From Vulcanimicrobiota bacterium (lineage in GTDB: Bacteria > Vulcanimicrobiota > Vulcanimicrobiia > Vulcanimicrobiales > Vulcanimicrobiaceae), in the NCBI GenBank assembly GCA_963833095.1, contig CAWHWQ010000008.1:32001-96000 (forward strand): DNA of 64,000 nt, read 5' to 3'. The first letter of the stretch is position 1. Every line of letters starts with the position of its first letter. Below are positions 38,551-49,358 of the stretch, piece after piece. A program made the translations under genes and the position numbers. Under the pieces are notes generated by a model. It searched no databases, was not told the origin of the DNA, and was given only the letters and a program-made list of their open reading frames with translations.

Positions 38551-39581
38551 GCCGCTCGGTTGACCGTAAGGCGCTCGTCGACCAGCGCGACGATTTCGTC
38601 GACGACGTCGGACTGCATGCCTTTTTGCGCGGCGAGCGACTGCACGAGGCGATCGACGCGCTCGATGTTCTTTGCGCCGGCGTAGAGCGCGCGCGCGGCC
38701 GAAGCGGGCTTCACGAGAATGTCGGCGGCGTTTGCGTACTTCTCGAAGGGCACAAGGTCGTCGCGCGAAGCGCCGAGCGCTACGCACAGATCGGCTACCC
38801 AGGCGTACACAGCGCCTGATGCATCGCGATCGCTGTGCACGGCATCGCGGATCGAGCGCGCATCGCCCTTTTGTATGCAGCGATAGTTGCCGGTCATGAG
38901 CATCGCCCATTTCGCCATCGGCACGTAGATCGAGTCGTACACCTTCAGCTTCACCGGAAGGCCGACGGCATCTACGGCCGTTTCGAGATCGCGAAGCATC
39001 TGCGTGCGCGCATCAGATTCAAATCGCGCCGCTTTGAAGTTTGTCGGCAGCGTTACTTGCAGCACGTTGATCGGTTCGTCAGGGGGGCGGAACGCTTGAG
39101 GATCCGGGCTACACACCGTGATGTTTGCCGCGTCAAAGTGCTGCCACACGCTCGGATCGGTATAGCACCGTTCGAGCGCGCTTGCATCGACGCCGGGCAC
39201 GCGCTTGAAATACGGTAGCGGCGGCATATTCATGATCGCCATGCATGCGACGCCGGCTTTAGCGGTTGCGCCCAAGAGCTCGCGTACACCCGGCGATCCG
39301 TACTGCGGCTCTTGCATCGCCAGCACAACGAGATCGTACTTGCTTGGATCGACGTCGTTCGGGCCGGCAGCGCGAAGCGTGCCGGGCGCGTTGCGCGTAT
39401 CGATCTCGACCAATGTCTCGCGCCCTTTGACCGGAACCCGGAGCACCACGCCGTCGCGATTGATCGCCTCCACTTCGGTGGGCAGGCACACGAGTGTAAC
39501 GTCCTGGCCGGCAAGCGCCAACTTCGCGCCTAGCAACGAGCCATACGATGCACCAAAGACGAGGACGTTATAACGCTTCAC
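38547..39581 (-). CDS. Ketopantoate reductase (ApbA/PanE)-like Rossmann-fold protein
   Basis: VLVFGASYGSLLG...G.DVTLV, YDLVVLAMQEPQY; GTG start. Confidence 0.7.
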   Translation of the reverse strand: MKRYNVLVFGASYGSLLGAKLALAGQDVTLVCLPTEVEAINRDGVVLRVPVKGRETLVEIDTRNAPGTLRAAGPNDVDPSKYDLVVLAMQEPQYGSPGVRELLGATAKAGVACMAIMNMPPLPYFKRVPGVDASALERCYTDPSVWQHFDAANITVCSPDPQAFRPPDEPINVLQVTLPTNFKAARFESDARTQMLRDLETAVDAVGLPVKLKVYDSIYVPMAKWAMLMTGNYRCIQKGDARSIRDAVHSDRDASGAVYAWVADLCVALGASRDDLVPFEKYANAADILVKPASAARALYAGAKNIERVDRLVQSLAAQKGMQSDVVDEIVALVDERLTVNRAA

Positions 39582-39627
39582 ACGACCCCCAAAAACTTGG
39601 CCTTGGATCTTTGAAAACTTGAAAACG

Positions 39628-39714
39628 TGGTGCCCAGGAAGGGACTCGAACCCCCACGATGTTGCCACCGCCAGCACCTGAAGCTGGTGCGTCTACCAAT
39701 TCCGCCACCTGGGC
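39628..39714 (-). tRNA. tRNA-Leu(CAG), 87 nt, CCA encoded
   Basis: GCCCAGG/CCTGGGC acceptor stem, D-loop GGAATTGGTAGAC, anticodon arm CCAGC-TTCAGGT-GCTGG, long variable arm, GGTTCGAGTCC. Confidence 0.98.
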
Positions 39715-39843
39715 TTGTTGCCACAGCGCTTCGCGCCGCCGCCATCCTGGCTTGGCAACTGCACCCACTTCGTGTGGGCGCACATTGCGGCCCGCTCTCG
39801 TTCGTGAAACCGGGCGATTGTCCTCGGGGTTTGCGGATGGGCA

Positions 39844-40837
39844 ATGCCCCAACTCAGACTAATCTCGCACGACGAAGCTACCCTTCGGGGCGCGCTTTCG
39901 CTCGCACCTCAAGACAGTGACGATATCCTAGACCCGTACTCGCAGGCGGTGACCACTGCCGCCGAGCGCGTTAGTCCCTCGGTCGTCGCCATCGAAGTCC
40001 ACTCCGGCCGCCATGGCGGTAACGGCTCCGGCTTCGTCTTTACGCCCGACGGTTTCGTCCTCACCAACAGTCACGTCGTTCATGAGGCCGATCACATCTC
40101 GGTCGGATTGCTCGACGGACGGGAACTCTCGGCAACGTTAATCGGCGAGGATCCGCATACCGATCTTGCGGTGCTGCGTGTCGATGCGCCCGAACTCGTA
40201 CCGGCAGCGCTCGGGGATTCGTCGCGCTTGCGCCCCGGGCAACTCGTGGTAGCGGTCGGCAATCCGCTCGGCCTGGCCTATACTGTAACCGCCGGCGTCA
40301 TCAGCGCGCTTGGCCGGTCTCTCCGTTCGCAATCGGGACGACTCATGGACAACATCATTCAAACCGATGCCGCCCTAAATCCCGGGAACTCCGGCGGTCC
40401 GCTGGTGACGTCCAACGGTGAGCGTGATCGGTGTGAACACCGCGGTTATGCCGGGTCAAGGGTTGTGCTTCGCGATCGCGATCAACACCGCGAAGCACAT
40501 TGCCGGACTCTTAATCCGTCACGGCAAAGTGCGGCGCGGCTATTTCGGTATCGCCGGGCAAGACATCACGCTCGCGGCCTCCGCGGCGCGTCGCTTCATG
40601 CTCACCGATCCCCGCGGCGTGTTGGTCGATTCGGTGGAGCCAGGTAGTCCGGCTGATACCGCGCGTTTGCGCGCGGGTGACGTGCTGCTCGCAATCGAAG
40701 GCGAACGCATCGTGGGAGTGGACGATTTGCACAAGCGCCTTACCTCGATCGATCTCAGCCGTCCGTACAAACTCGATATCTTGCGCAAAGGCGAACGTCA
40801 CGCGCCGATAATCTTACCCGTCGAATCACCAGAATGA
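39844..40837 (+). CDS. HtrA/DegP-like S1C serine protease with PDZ domain and no signal peptide; frameshift at about 40420
   Basis: [45 protein letters not shown]. Confidence 0.93.
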
Positions 40838-42043
40838 TCCGTAAGCTCATCCCGATCCTTGGGATCACGTTCATCGATATCATCGGCTTTAGCATGCTGC
40901 TGCCGGTGTTGCCGTATTTCGTGACCCATTTCGGGATGAGCGCGATCGTCGTCGGGCTTCTGCTCTCGACATTCTCGTTCTGTCAGTTGGTTTCGGGTCC
41001 GATCTGGGGCAACATCTCGGATCGCATCGGGCGGAAGCGCGTACTGATCATCAGTCAGATCGGCGCCACAATCGGATGGTGCATGCTCGCGTTCGCGCCG
41101 AACATCCTGTGGGTCTTTTTCGCGCGAATCGTCGAAGGCGTCTCGGGCGGAAACATCGGCGTCACCCAGGCCTATGTCGCCGACTTGGTGGAAGGAAAAG
41201 ATCGCGCGCGCGCATTTGGATTGCATCAGCGCGACCTTTGCCGCGGCGATGGTATTCGGGCCGGCCGGAGGCGGCCTGCTCTATAGTAAATTTGGCTTTT
41301 CGGCCCCGTTCCTCGCCGCGTCGGCGTTGCAGTTCCTCACGCTGATCCTCACGATCGTGCTCCTACCGGAATCGCGTTCGAAAGTCGAAGAGGATCAGGC
41401 CCACGTCGGAATGCGCGAGATCGCCGCGACCTTCACCAACCCCCGCTTCTCGCCGCTTCTTATCCAGAAACTTGCGCTTTCGCTCTGCCTATACGGGTGG
41501 TACTCGGTGATCGCGTTGTATCTCGCCGGACAACTCCACTTCGGCCTGGTTGCGACGACCTATTATTTTTCCGCTTTTGCGGTGATCAACGTGCTGATCA
41601 ACGGCGTCGGAGTCGGCAAGGCATCGAGTCGCTTCGGTGACCGCGTGATGTCGACACTCGGCCTCGGGCTGCTTGTCGTGGGTATGGCGTGCACGCCGTT
41701 CGTGCACAATCCGCTCAGCTTCGCCGGCGTGATGGTGCTCTTTGCAATGGGCAGCGCGTATGCGAACAACGGCATCAACGCCATGCTCTCCAACGCCGCC
41801 TCCGAACGCGAGCAGGGCACGGTGCTCGGCGTCGGCTCGTCACTCGACGCACTCTCCGGCATCATCGCGCCGCCGATCTCCACTGGTCTCTTGACCACGT
41901 ACGGGCCGGGTTTCGCCGGCATCGAATCGCTGGTGATGGCCATCATCGGACTGATCCTCGGCGTGCGAAACACTCTGCTGACTTCCGCAGTACCACCTGT
42001 CACAACTGAACCACTGGCTGCTGAAGAATTGGAGCCAACGTGA
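40834..42043 (+). CDS. DHA1/TetA-like MFS transporter; frameshift at about 41220
   Basis: [37 protein letters not shown]. Confidence 0.9.
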
Positions 42044-42816
42044 AGTCAAAGATCACCGGCAGCACGCTTCCCGTGCTCGAAGTCGGACTAGAACCTGGCG
42101 ACAAGATCGTAGCGGAACCCGGTGAGTTTTCGTGGATGACCTCCAACGTGCAACTCAACACGACGGCAATGACCGCCGGCGTCAAGGGCGTATGGGGTGT
42201 GCTCGGGCGCGCGCTCTCAGGCGGCGGTATCTTCATGACCGAGTATAGCGTCGCAAGCGTGAACGGCCTGATCGCGTTCGCGGCCAAAGTACCGGGCGAG
42301 ATCATGCAAGTCGACGTCTCACCAGGACACGAATATCTGATCCACCGTCATGGATTTCTCTGCGCGACCGAAGGCGTGCAGCTTACGATGGGATTTCAGC
42401 AATCACTCGGCGCGGGGATTTTCGGCGGCAACGGCTTCGTGCTGCAAAAGCTTGCCGGCACGGCGACCGCCTGGGTCGAACTCGGCGGCGAGATCGTGAC
42501 CTACGATTTGCAACCGAACGAAACGATCCAAGTGCATCCCGGTCACATCGGCATGTTCGAATCGACCGTCAATTTCGACATCACGTTTATGAAGGGCATC
42601 ATGAACGCCGTCTTCGGCGGCGACGGGCTCTTCATCGCGCGCCTCACCGGGCCGGGCAAAGTGTGGCTGCAGACGCTCACCATGCCCAATCTCGCGCACG
42701 CTCTGATGCCGTATCTCGGAAAAGAAACGGCAGCGCCCGCGCAGGCCGCCATTGGTGGCGGCATCGCGGGCGGCATTGCCGGTTCGCTCCTCAAGGATAT
42801 GTTTGGCGGCTCTTAG
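42040..42816 (+). CDS. AIM24 (TIGR00266) family protein
   Basis: AEPGEFSWM, GGGIFMT, FGGNGFVLQKL.G, FGGDGLF...LTGPGKVWLQT. Confidence 0.92.
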   Translation: MKSKITGSTLPVLEVGLEPGDKIVAEPGEFSWMTSNVQLNTTAMTAGVKGVWGVLGRALSGGGIFMTEYSVASVNGLIAFAAKVPGEIMQVDVSPGHEYLIHRHGFLCATEGVQLTMGFQQSLGAGIFGGNGFVLQKLAGTATAWVELGGEIVTYDLQPNETIQVHPGHIGMFESTVNFDITFMKGIMNAVFGGDGLFIARLTGPGKVWLQTLTMPNLAHALMPYLGKETAAPAQAAIGGGIAGGIAGSLLKDMFGGS

Positions 42817-42831
42817 GACGGTTCAGCCGGC

Positions 42832-43305
42832 CTATTGTTCGCAGAACAAGAAGCCGTTGCGGTTTCCGACTTGACGCGATGGACATGAGCGCAGGTCGAG
42901 TGAGCTCGAGCGATAGCCGTTGCCGGTGCTGCACTCGGCGCTGAGCACTGAACCGTTCATCGAAGCGTTGTCGCAGCTAGCCACCCAGCTACCGCGGGGG
43001 AGATGGTGCCAGCGACCGTAGCCGGCGTCCGAGCTATAGCTATTTCCACTTTCGCAAAACAGCTGGCCGTTGTTGTTCCCGAATTGACCGCCCGGGCACG
43101 AATTCAAACCGATTGACGAATACGTCCAGGAACCACCGGTTGTTTGGCATGAGGCGCTGAACTGGTTTCCCGAAATGCGAGCATGACGGCAGCTTGCCTG
43201 CCAACTGCCGCCCGGCCAACTTGGATATGACTGCGCGTGGGCGGGTTTCGAGAAACCGAAGAGCGCGAGCGTTGCAACGGTGAGAATGGATAGCGCGATG
43301 CGCAT
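42832..43305 (-). CDS. Secreted CVNH (cyanovirin-N-like) two-repeat protein
   Basis: Signal peptide ending AHA; repeats GSWQASC...FSASC...SSIGLNSC...GNNNGQLFCE and GSWVASC...LSAEC...SSLDLRSC...GNRNGFLFCE. Confidence 0.82.
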   Translation of the reverse strand: MRIALSILTVATLALFGFSKPAHAQSYPSWPGGSWQASCRHARISGNQFSASCQTTGGSWTYSSIGLNSCPGGQFGNNNGQLFCESGNSYSSDAGYGRWHHLPRGSWVASCDNASMNGSVLSAECSTGNGYRSSSLDLRSCPSRQVGNRNGFLFCEQ

Positions 43306-43317
43306 GCGAGAACTCCT

Positions 43318-44182
43318 CTAAGCAGCGGATTTCTTGCGGCGCGCGGTCGTCGGCTTCTTCTCCGGTTTGTCGTTCGAGGCTGCGCGGCCGTTGCCGGCAC
43401 GACGCTTTTTGCTTTCTTCGAGCGACTGTGCCAGCACGTCCATGAGATTGACTACCTTCGAGCGCGGCGCCGCGGCCTTCTTGGCCTTGGGTAGTTCTTT
43501 CCCCTGAGCGCGCGCTTCAATCATCGCCAACAGCTCGTCATGGTACTTGTTCTTGAATTTCTCGGGCTCGAACGCTTCGACGCTCATCGTGTCGATCAGC
43601 ATGCTGCGCCATCTTCATTTCGGCTTCCGGCAGCGCTTCTCTTCCCGGGAAGTTCGAGCGTCGATGATTCGCACGATCTCGTTGGCCCAGTGCATCAGCT
43701 CGAGCACCAGCGCTTCGCCGATCGGCTTAACCGCGGCGATGTATTCCTTCGTGCGGATCACGACGCGAGCGATCGCCACTTTGTTCGATTCGGTGAGCGC
43801 CTCGCGCAGAGCGCGTAGGCGTGTTTGCCCTGTTTGCTCGGTTCGAGGTAGTACGGCTTATCGAAGAACATCGGGTTGATCTTATCGAGGTCGACGAATT
43901 CGAGGATGTCGACCGACTGCGTCGCCTCAGGATTGACCTTCTTGAAGTCGTCGTCGGTCAGCGTGACGTACTGGCCCTTCTCGTACTCGTAGCCCTTGAC
44001 GATCTCGTCCTACTGGACGGTTTGCCGTCGACGGAGCAGATGCGCTCGTACTTGATGCGCCCCTCGTCTTTGTCGTGCAGCAAATTGAACGAGAGCTCGT
44101 CGGTGCGGACCGCCGTGAAGAGCTTGACCGGAATCGTGACCAGACCGAAATTGATTGCCCCGGACCAAATCGCGTGTGCCAT
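43318..44182 (-). CDS. ku: Ku protein (NHEJ); several frameshifts
   Basis: AIWSGAINFGLVTIPVKL, IVKGYEYEKG, KVVNLMDVLAQSL, basic C-terminal tail. Confidence 0.93.
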
Positions 44183-44257
44183 AGCCGAATTAGTTTCCCA
44201 CGGCCGTTGGAACCCACTCCGTCCCCAATATATTTGCCGGAGCAGCGGGCGGCGCCA

Positions 44258-46775
44258 CTATTTCCATTGTTTCTGTGCCTTGGAAATGGCCGGTTCCAAT
44301 CGATGCTTTTTCCAGGCCTTCCCACCATGGTCACCGTCGCGTTCCAGGCGCTTGGGCTCGTGCGAGGTTAAAGGCGGTAAAAACGTCTGCGGGCAGGCCG
44401 GCCCGCTTGCGGGCAAGGCCTCGACCTCGTCCCACGCAAGCGGCGTCGAAACGGGCGCGCCGTCGCGCGCGCGGACTGAGTACGGGGCGACGAACGTTTT
44501 GCCGCGCCCAACTTGCAGAAAATCAAAATAGACCGCGCTTTGACCGCGCTGCGATACGTGTCGGTCGAGTGTGATGCGCGCTGCATCCTCGTGCGCGAGC
44601 CGGTGCGCGACGATCTCGGCAAACATTTTGGCAGCATCGTACGTGTAGCCCGCCTCGAGCGGCACGACGACGTGCAGGCCCATTCCGCCGGAGGTCTTGA
44701 CCAGCGGCGTCATGCCAAGGGACGCGAGCAGATCGCGAACCTCGAGCGCGACCGAGGCGAGCGTCTTGATCGTACAGTCTCGCCGGGATCCAAATCGAAG
44801 AAGATGAAGTCGGGTACCTCGAGTGTCGCTTCGCGCGACGACCAGACGTGCAGCACGATCGACGGCGAGATTGGCGACGAACGCGAGCGTCGCTTCATCG
44901 TTGCAAATGATGTACGTCGTCTTAGCGGCTGACTCGGGGCTCGTGATCGTCGCCGCTCCGCCCAATCGGGCAACCCTTTGGGAAGTGCTTCTCCAAGAAC
45001 CGGCGCCGTCGATGCCGTCAGGATAGCGTTCAAGGTCAGCGGCCGGCCTTGCACATGCGGCAGCAGCCACGTCGCAACCGCGCGATAATACGCAATCAAG
45101 TCGCCCTTGGTATAGCCGTCGCGCGGCAACAGCACTTTGTCGAGATTGGAAAGCTACAGCGTGCGGTTGCCGACCGCCACTCGACTTCCGTCGCGCATTT
45201 GCTCGTCCCTTCGGACGTTCGCGCGTGACGTCTTTGGCGGTTTTGTCCGCGCAAACCGAGAAAGGCCGGTTGGCGAGGCACGTGTCGCGCGTCCATTCGG
45301 TAAAGCGGATCTCGGCGACGAGTTCCGGCGTGACAAAGTGCAGCGGCGGGTTTCAATGGCTGGATTCAGCGAACGGTGAGGTCTCGCGCGCAAGCGCTTT
45401 GAGCTGTCCCATGATGTCATCGATGCGTCTCACTGAAAACCCAGTGCCGACTTGTCCGCCGAAGCGAGTTCCTTGCCTTCGTAGAGCCCAGCAGCAGCGA
45501 ACCGAAATCCTAGCGGCTGCCCGTCGGATCGGTCCAGCCGCCGATCACGAACTCTTGCTCGAGCTTGGCCTTGATCTTCACCCAATCGCGCGAGCGCGTC
45601 ATACGTAGGGCGACGCGCGTTTCTTGCCGATGATGCCCTCCAAGTGCTTGCGTTTGGCCTGCTAAAAAACGCCTTGCCCTTTCCGACGACGTGTTTGGAA
45701 TAAAGCACGAGCTCATCGTTGCCGATCAGGCGTTCGAGCATGGCCTTGCGTTCTTCAAGCGGGATCTTGCGTTGGTCGCGACCGTCGGCATATAGCACGT
45801 CAAACGCCGCGTAGGTGAGCGTATGTCCCTGTTCGGCGTATTCTTGCAAACGTTGAAAATCGGAGCGGCCCTTGCGAATCCAAACTCACGATCTCGCCGT
45901 CGACGATGATCGGTACGCTCTCGAAGGCGTCGGCAAGACCCGGCCAAATCGGGGAACTGTTTGAGCAAATCGAGCCCGTTGCGCGAGACGAGCGTGAGCT
46001 TTCCCTTTGCGTCAACGGTGCAAATCCCACGATAGCCGTCCCACTTGATTTCAAAAAGCCAATCGTCGCTATCAAACGGCTCGTCGATGAGCGTCGCGAG
46101 TTCGACGCCCTTGATCTTCGGCAGCGGTTCAGCTTTAGCAGCCGCGCGCGCGCGCTTCTTCTTGGGCGGGTCAACGGGGCGCGACTGCCAGGTCTTGGGG
46201 TTGCTCTCTTTCTTGATGTCTTCGATCGTCTTGCCGCTAACGACCGACTCAGGGTAGTCATCGACGTCGTAGTGGGTGGGATCGTTGCCGTCGTGATCTT
46301 TGATCAGCAACCACGGATCGCCGGACTCACCCTCCTTCGGCTTGATCTTCACCAGCGTGAACATGCCGTGCATCTTTTTCCCGTGCATGATGAACTTGAT
46401 CTTCCCGTTGGCTATCTCACGCGCCGGATCGGTGCCCTCGGCGAGCTCGTACCACCCCTCATCCCAAATGATGACTTCGCCTGCGCCGTATTGGCCTTTC
46501 GGAATGACGCCTTCGAAGGTGCGATACGCCAGCGGATGATCCTCAACGTGCATCGCAAGACGCCGCTCGCCCGGCACCAACGTCGGGCCCTTGGGAACCG
46601 CCCACGACGGCATCGCGCCGTCGGCCTCCAGCCGGAAATCGTAGTGTAATCGGGTTGCGCGGTGCTTTTGGATGACGAAGCGCAACCGCTTGCTGCCGCG
46701 CTCCGGCTTGCCGCTGGGCTCGGGGGTCGCGGCAAAGTCGCGCTTCTTGTTGTAGGTCTCGAGGGAACGCGCCAT
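44258..46775 (-). CDS. ligD: DNA ligase D (phosphoesterase-ligase-polymerase order); many frameshifts
   Basis: PE: FVIQKH.ATRLHYDFRLE, SWAVPKGP, VEDHP; Lig: EIKWDGYR, DGEIV, RSRDWVKIK, EFVIGG; Pol: TKGDLIAYY, FDLDP, KTSGG.GLHV, APYSVRAR. Confidence 0.92.
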
Positions 46776-46883
46776 TCCTAACGACCGTACCCAAAGACGT
46801 GCGCCAGCAGCGCGATCGCGCATGCTGCCAGGATGATCGCCGCCAGGCCGATTCCGGCCGCCGGTCGTCGAATCACCGAACCC

Positions 46884-47171
46884 ATGAGTTGGGAGCTTGC
46901 CGGCGCGATCGCATCGATACTCCTTGGTGCCACGGCCTACGTCCGCAGCCGCGGTTCGGGGGGTTTCTATGACAACGAAGTCTACGGCATGACGGCGCAC
47001 ACGCATCAGCGCTATGCGCTCGCCGCGGCCGCTTTTGCCCTCGCGTTTTTCGCCGCCGGCTGGTGGTGGCCTCGCACCGGCGCAACGATCTGGCTGTTCG
47101 CGGCGTTCGTGCTCTTTGCGGTGTTTTATCTCACTTCATACCTGCGTGGAGCCTCCGAGAGCGATGACTGA
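46884..47171 (+). CDS. Small three-TM hypothetical protein
   Basis: MSWELAGAIASILLG...GGFYDNEVYGM...; overlaps the start of the next gene. Confidence 0.7.
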   Translation: MSWELAGAIASILLGATAYVRSRGSGGFYDNEVYGMTAHTHQRYALAAAAFALAFFAAGWWWPRTGATIWLFAAFVLFAVFYLTSYLRGASESDD

Positions 47172-48875
47172 ATTTCACTTCTCCCCACGGCCCAACCGCG
47201 CCGCCGAGATCGCCTGGCAGGCCTGGAGCGACGAGACCTTTGCCCGCGCGAAGCGCGAAGACAAGCCGATTCTCCTTTCGATTTCGGCAGTGTGGTGTCA
47301 CTGGTGCCACGTGATGGACGAGACGAGTTATTCGGATGGCGACATCATCGAGGCGATCAACGCCCACTACGTTCCGGTTCGCGTCGACAACGATGAGCGT
47401 CCCGACATCAACGCGCGTTATAACATGGGCGGCTGGCCAACCACGGCTTTTCTTTCGCCGGATGGCTCGCTGCTGACCGGCGCGACCTATCTTCCGCCCG
47501 AACACATGCGGCGCGCTCTCGACCAAGTCTCTGCGTTCTATGCCGAACGCAAGACGGACATTGCCGAAAAGTCGCGCGAGCTTCGCACCACCCGCGCGAC
47601 GTACGACATCGCACCTCCCGACGCGCTCTCGCAAGCGCTCGTGGACGACTTTGCCGCATCGTTGCGCAATGCGTACGACGAAGAGTTTGGCGGCTTTAAC
47701 GAAGAGCCGAAGTTTCCGCAGCCCGACGTTCACGAATTTCTCCTCGCATACTGGCGGCTCACCAACAACCCGCGATTCTACGAGATTGTCGTGCACACGA
47801 TGCGCGCGATGGCCCATGGCGGCATGTACGATGACGTCGAAGGCGGCTTCTTTCGCTACTCCACCACGCGTGACTGGACCGTTCCACACTTCGAAAAGAT
47901 GGCCGAGGATCACGCCGGGCTGTTGCGTGTCCTTGCGCAACTCGAACTATGGGCGCCAAGCGCGCTCGTGCGCCGCGATCTCGAGCGCACGATCGGCTAC
48001 GTGCGCACCGTGCTGCGCGATCCCCAGACCGGATTCTTTGCCGGCAGCCAAGACGCCGACGAAACGTACTACGCCCTTCCGATGGAGGAGCGCCGCGCGT
48101 TGCCGGCGCCGTTCATCGATCGCCGCTCGTATTCCAATTGGACTGCTGCGCTCGCCGGAGCATTCGCATGGAGCGGTATTGCCCTCGACGATCGCTCCCT
48201 GATTGATGACGCGCTATTTACGCTCGACTCGATGCACGAGCGGCTGCGCGATCCCAGCGGCTTGCTCTTTCACGTCGCCGCAGTTGGTGAAGCGCCGCGC
48301 ATCTGCGGACTGCTCGGCGATCAGGTTGCGTATCTGCGCGCGCTGCTTGATGCCTATGAGATTAGCGGAGAGCCACGCATGCTCGAGCGCGCACGAGTCC
48401 ATGCCGATGCCACGATTACCGCATTCGGGGCGGGCGAAGGCGGATTTTACGACCGGGTCGAGCGCGAGGCACTTGGACGCCTCGAAGTCCCCGATCGCCC
48501 CATCGTTGAGAACGGCCTCATGGCCGAGACCCTGCTGCGCCTGGCCGAGTTATCGCACGAGACGCAGTACTGGGACGTGGCCGAGCGAACGCTGCTGCTT
48601 TACGCCAAAACCTTCAGCCGCGCGATGTCGTTCTCGGCTGCCTACGTGCGCGCGCTGGCGCGCTACCTCGCAACCGGCGTCACGGTGCGGGTCACGGGCG
48701 ATCTTGGCGCCGCAGCAGAGCTGCGCCGCGCGGCCCGCCAACTTCCCTCGCCCTTCGTCACGGTCTCGAGCGAGCCGGGCTACGAAGCCCTGGCCTACGT
48801 CTGCCGGGGGACCACCTGCGGTTCCCCGTCGGCCGGGCGCTCGAGCTCACCCAAGTCTACGCTGCGCTGGCCTGA
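47164..48875 (+). CDS. YyaL/SSP411-like protein (DUF255 thioredoxin plus alpha/alpha barrel); probable frameshift at about 48830
   Basis: AKREDKPILLSI.AVWCHWCHVM, ERPDI..RY..GGWPTT.FL, PKFP, GGFFRYS...W.VPHFEKM, AYVCRG.TC. Confidence 0.9.
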
Positions 48876-48921
48876 AACATCGCCCTACCCGCCGCGTAGA
48901 GAAGGGTGGAGGAGTTCCATC

Positions 48922-49326
48922 ATGACGCCGTACGCCCACATGCTGCTTGCCTACGTTCGCCCCGAGGCGCAAGGCGTGTACGCCTACGAGTACGACCGCT
49001 ACGCCAAAGATCCGATTGTCGCGCTCGTGCTCACGATTTTCTTTGGAATCATCGGCGGCGAAGCGTACTACATTGGAAACTGGCAACGCGGCCTTTGGAT
49101 GACGATCGCGATGTTCAGCGGAGTCGGCATGTTTATCAGCGTACCGCTGTGGATCGCGCGCTGCTTCACGATTCAGGGCGAGTGTGAATCCTACAACGAC
49201 TATGTTGCGTGGCTCGTCGCGAGTCGCTACGTTTCACCCGGGCAAGGCGTGCAACCGCCGCAGCCGGCACCACCCTCGGGGAAACGCCCGGTTATCGGCG
49301 GCCTCCCGATGGCCGCTCCCTCCTAG
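48922..49326 (+). CDS. TM2-domain membrane protein
   Basis: KDPIVALVLTIFFGIIGGEAYYIG; own SD GGAGGA. Confidence 0.75.
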   Translation: MTPYAHMLLAYVRPEAQGVYAYEYDRYAKDPIVALVLTIFFGIIGGEAYYIGNWQRGLWMTIAMFSGVGMFISVPLWIARCFTIQGECESYNDYVAWLVASRYVSPGQGVQPPQPAPPSGKRPVIGGLPMAAPS

Positions 49327-49358
49327 TTTCGTTTCTTCGCAACGACACTGCGGGCGAA

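Noticed and set aside
37912..38910. 332-aa version of the Esx-like ORF given in the ORF track
   Set aside because: The first 120 codons overlap the ApbA-like gene out of frame and are Arg-rich noise; the ATG at 38550, with ATGA coupling and a signal peptide, is the credible start.
33600..39714. Genomic island integrated at tRNA-Leu
   Set aside because: No integrase or transposase, and I found no duplicate of the tRNA 3' end; accessory-type genes alone are not sufficient evidence.
47014..49326. Apparent YyaL-TM2 fusion (770 aa)
   Set aside because: The linker is non-homologous, a TGA lies at 48873..48875 in a neighbouring frame, and the TM2 gene has its own SD and ATG at 48922.
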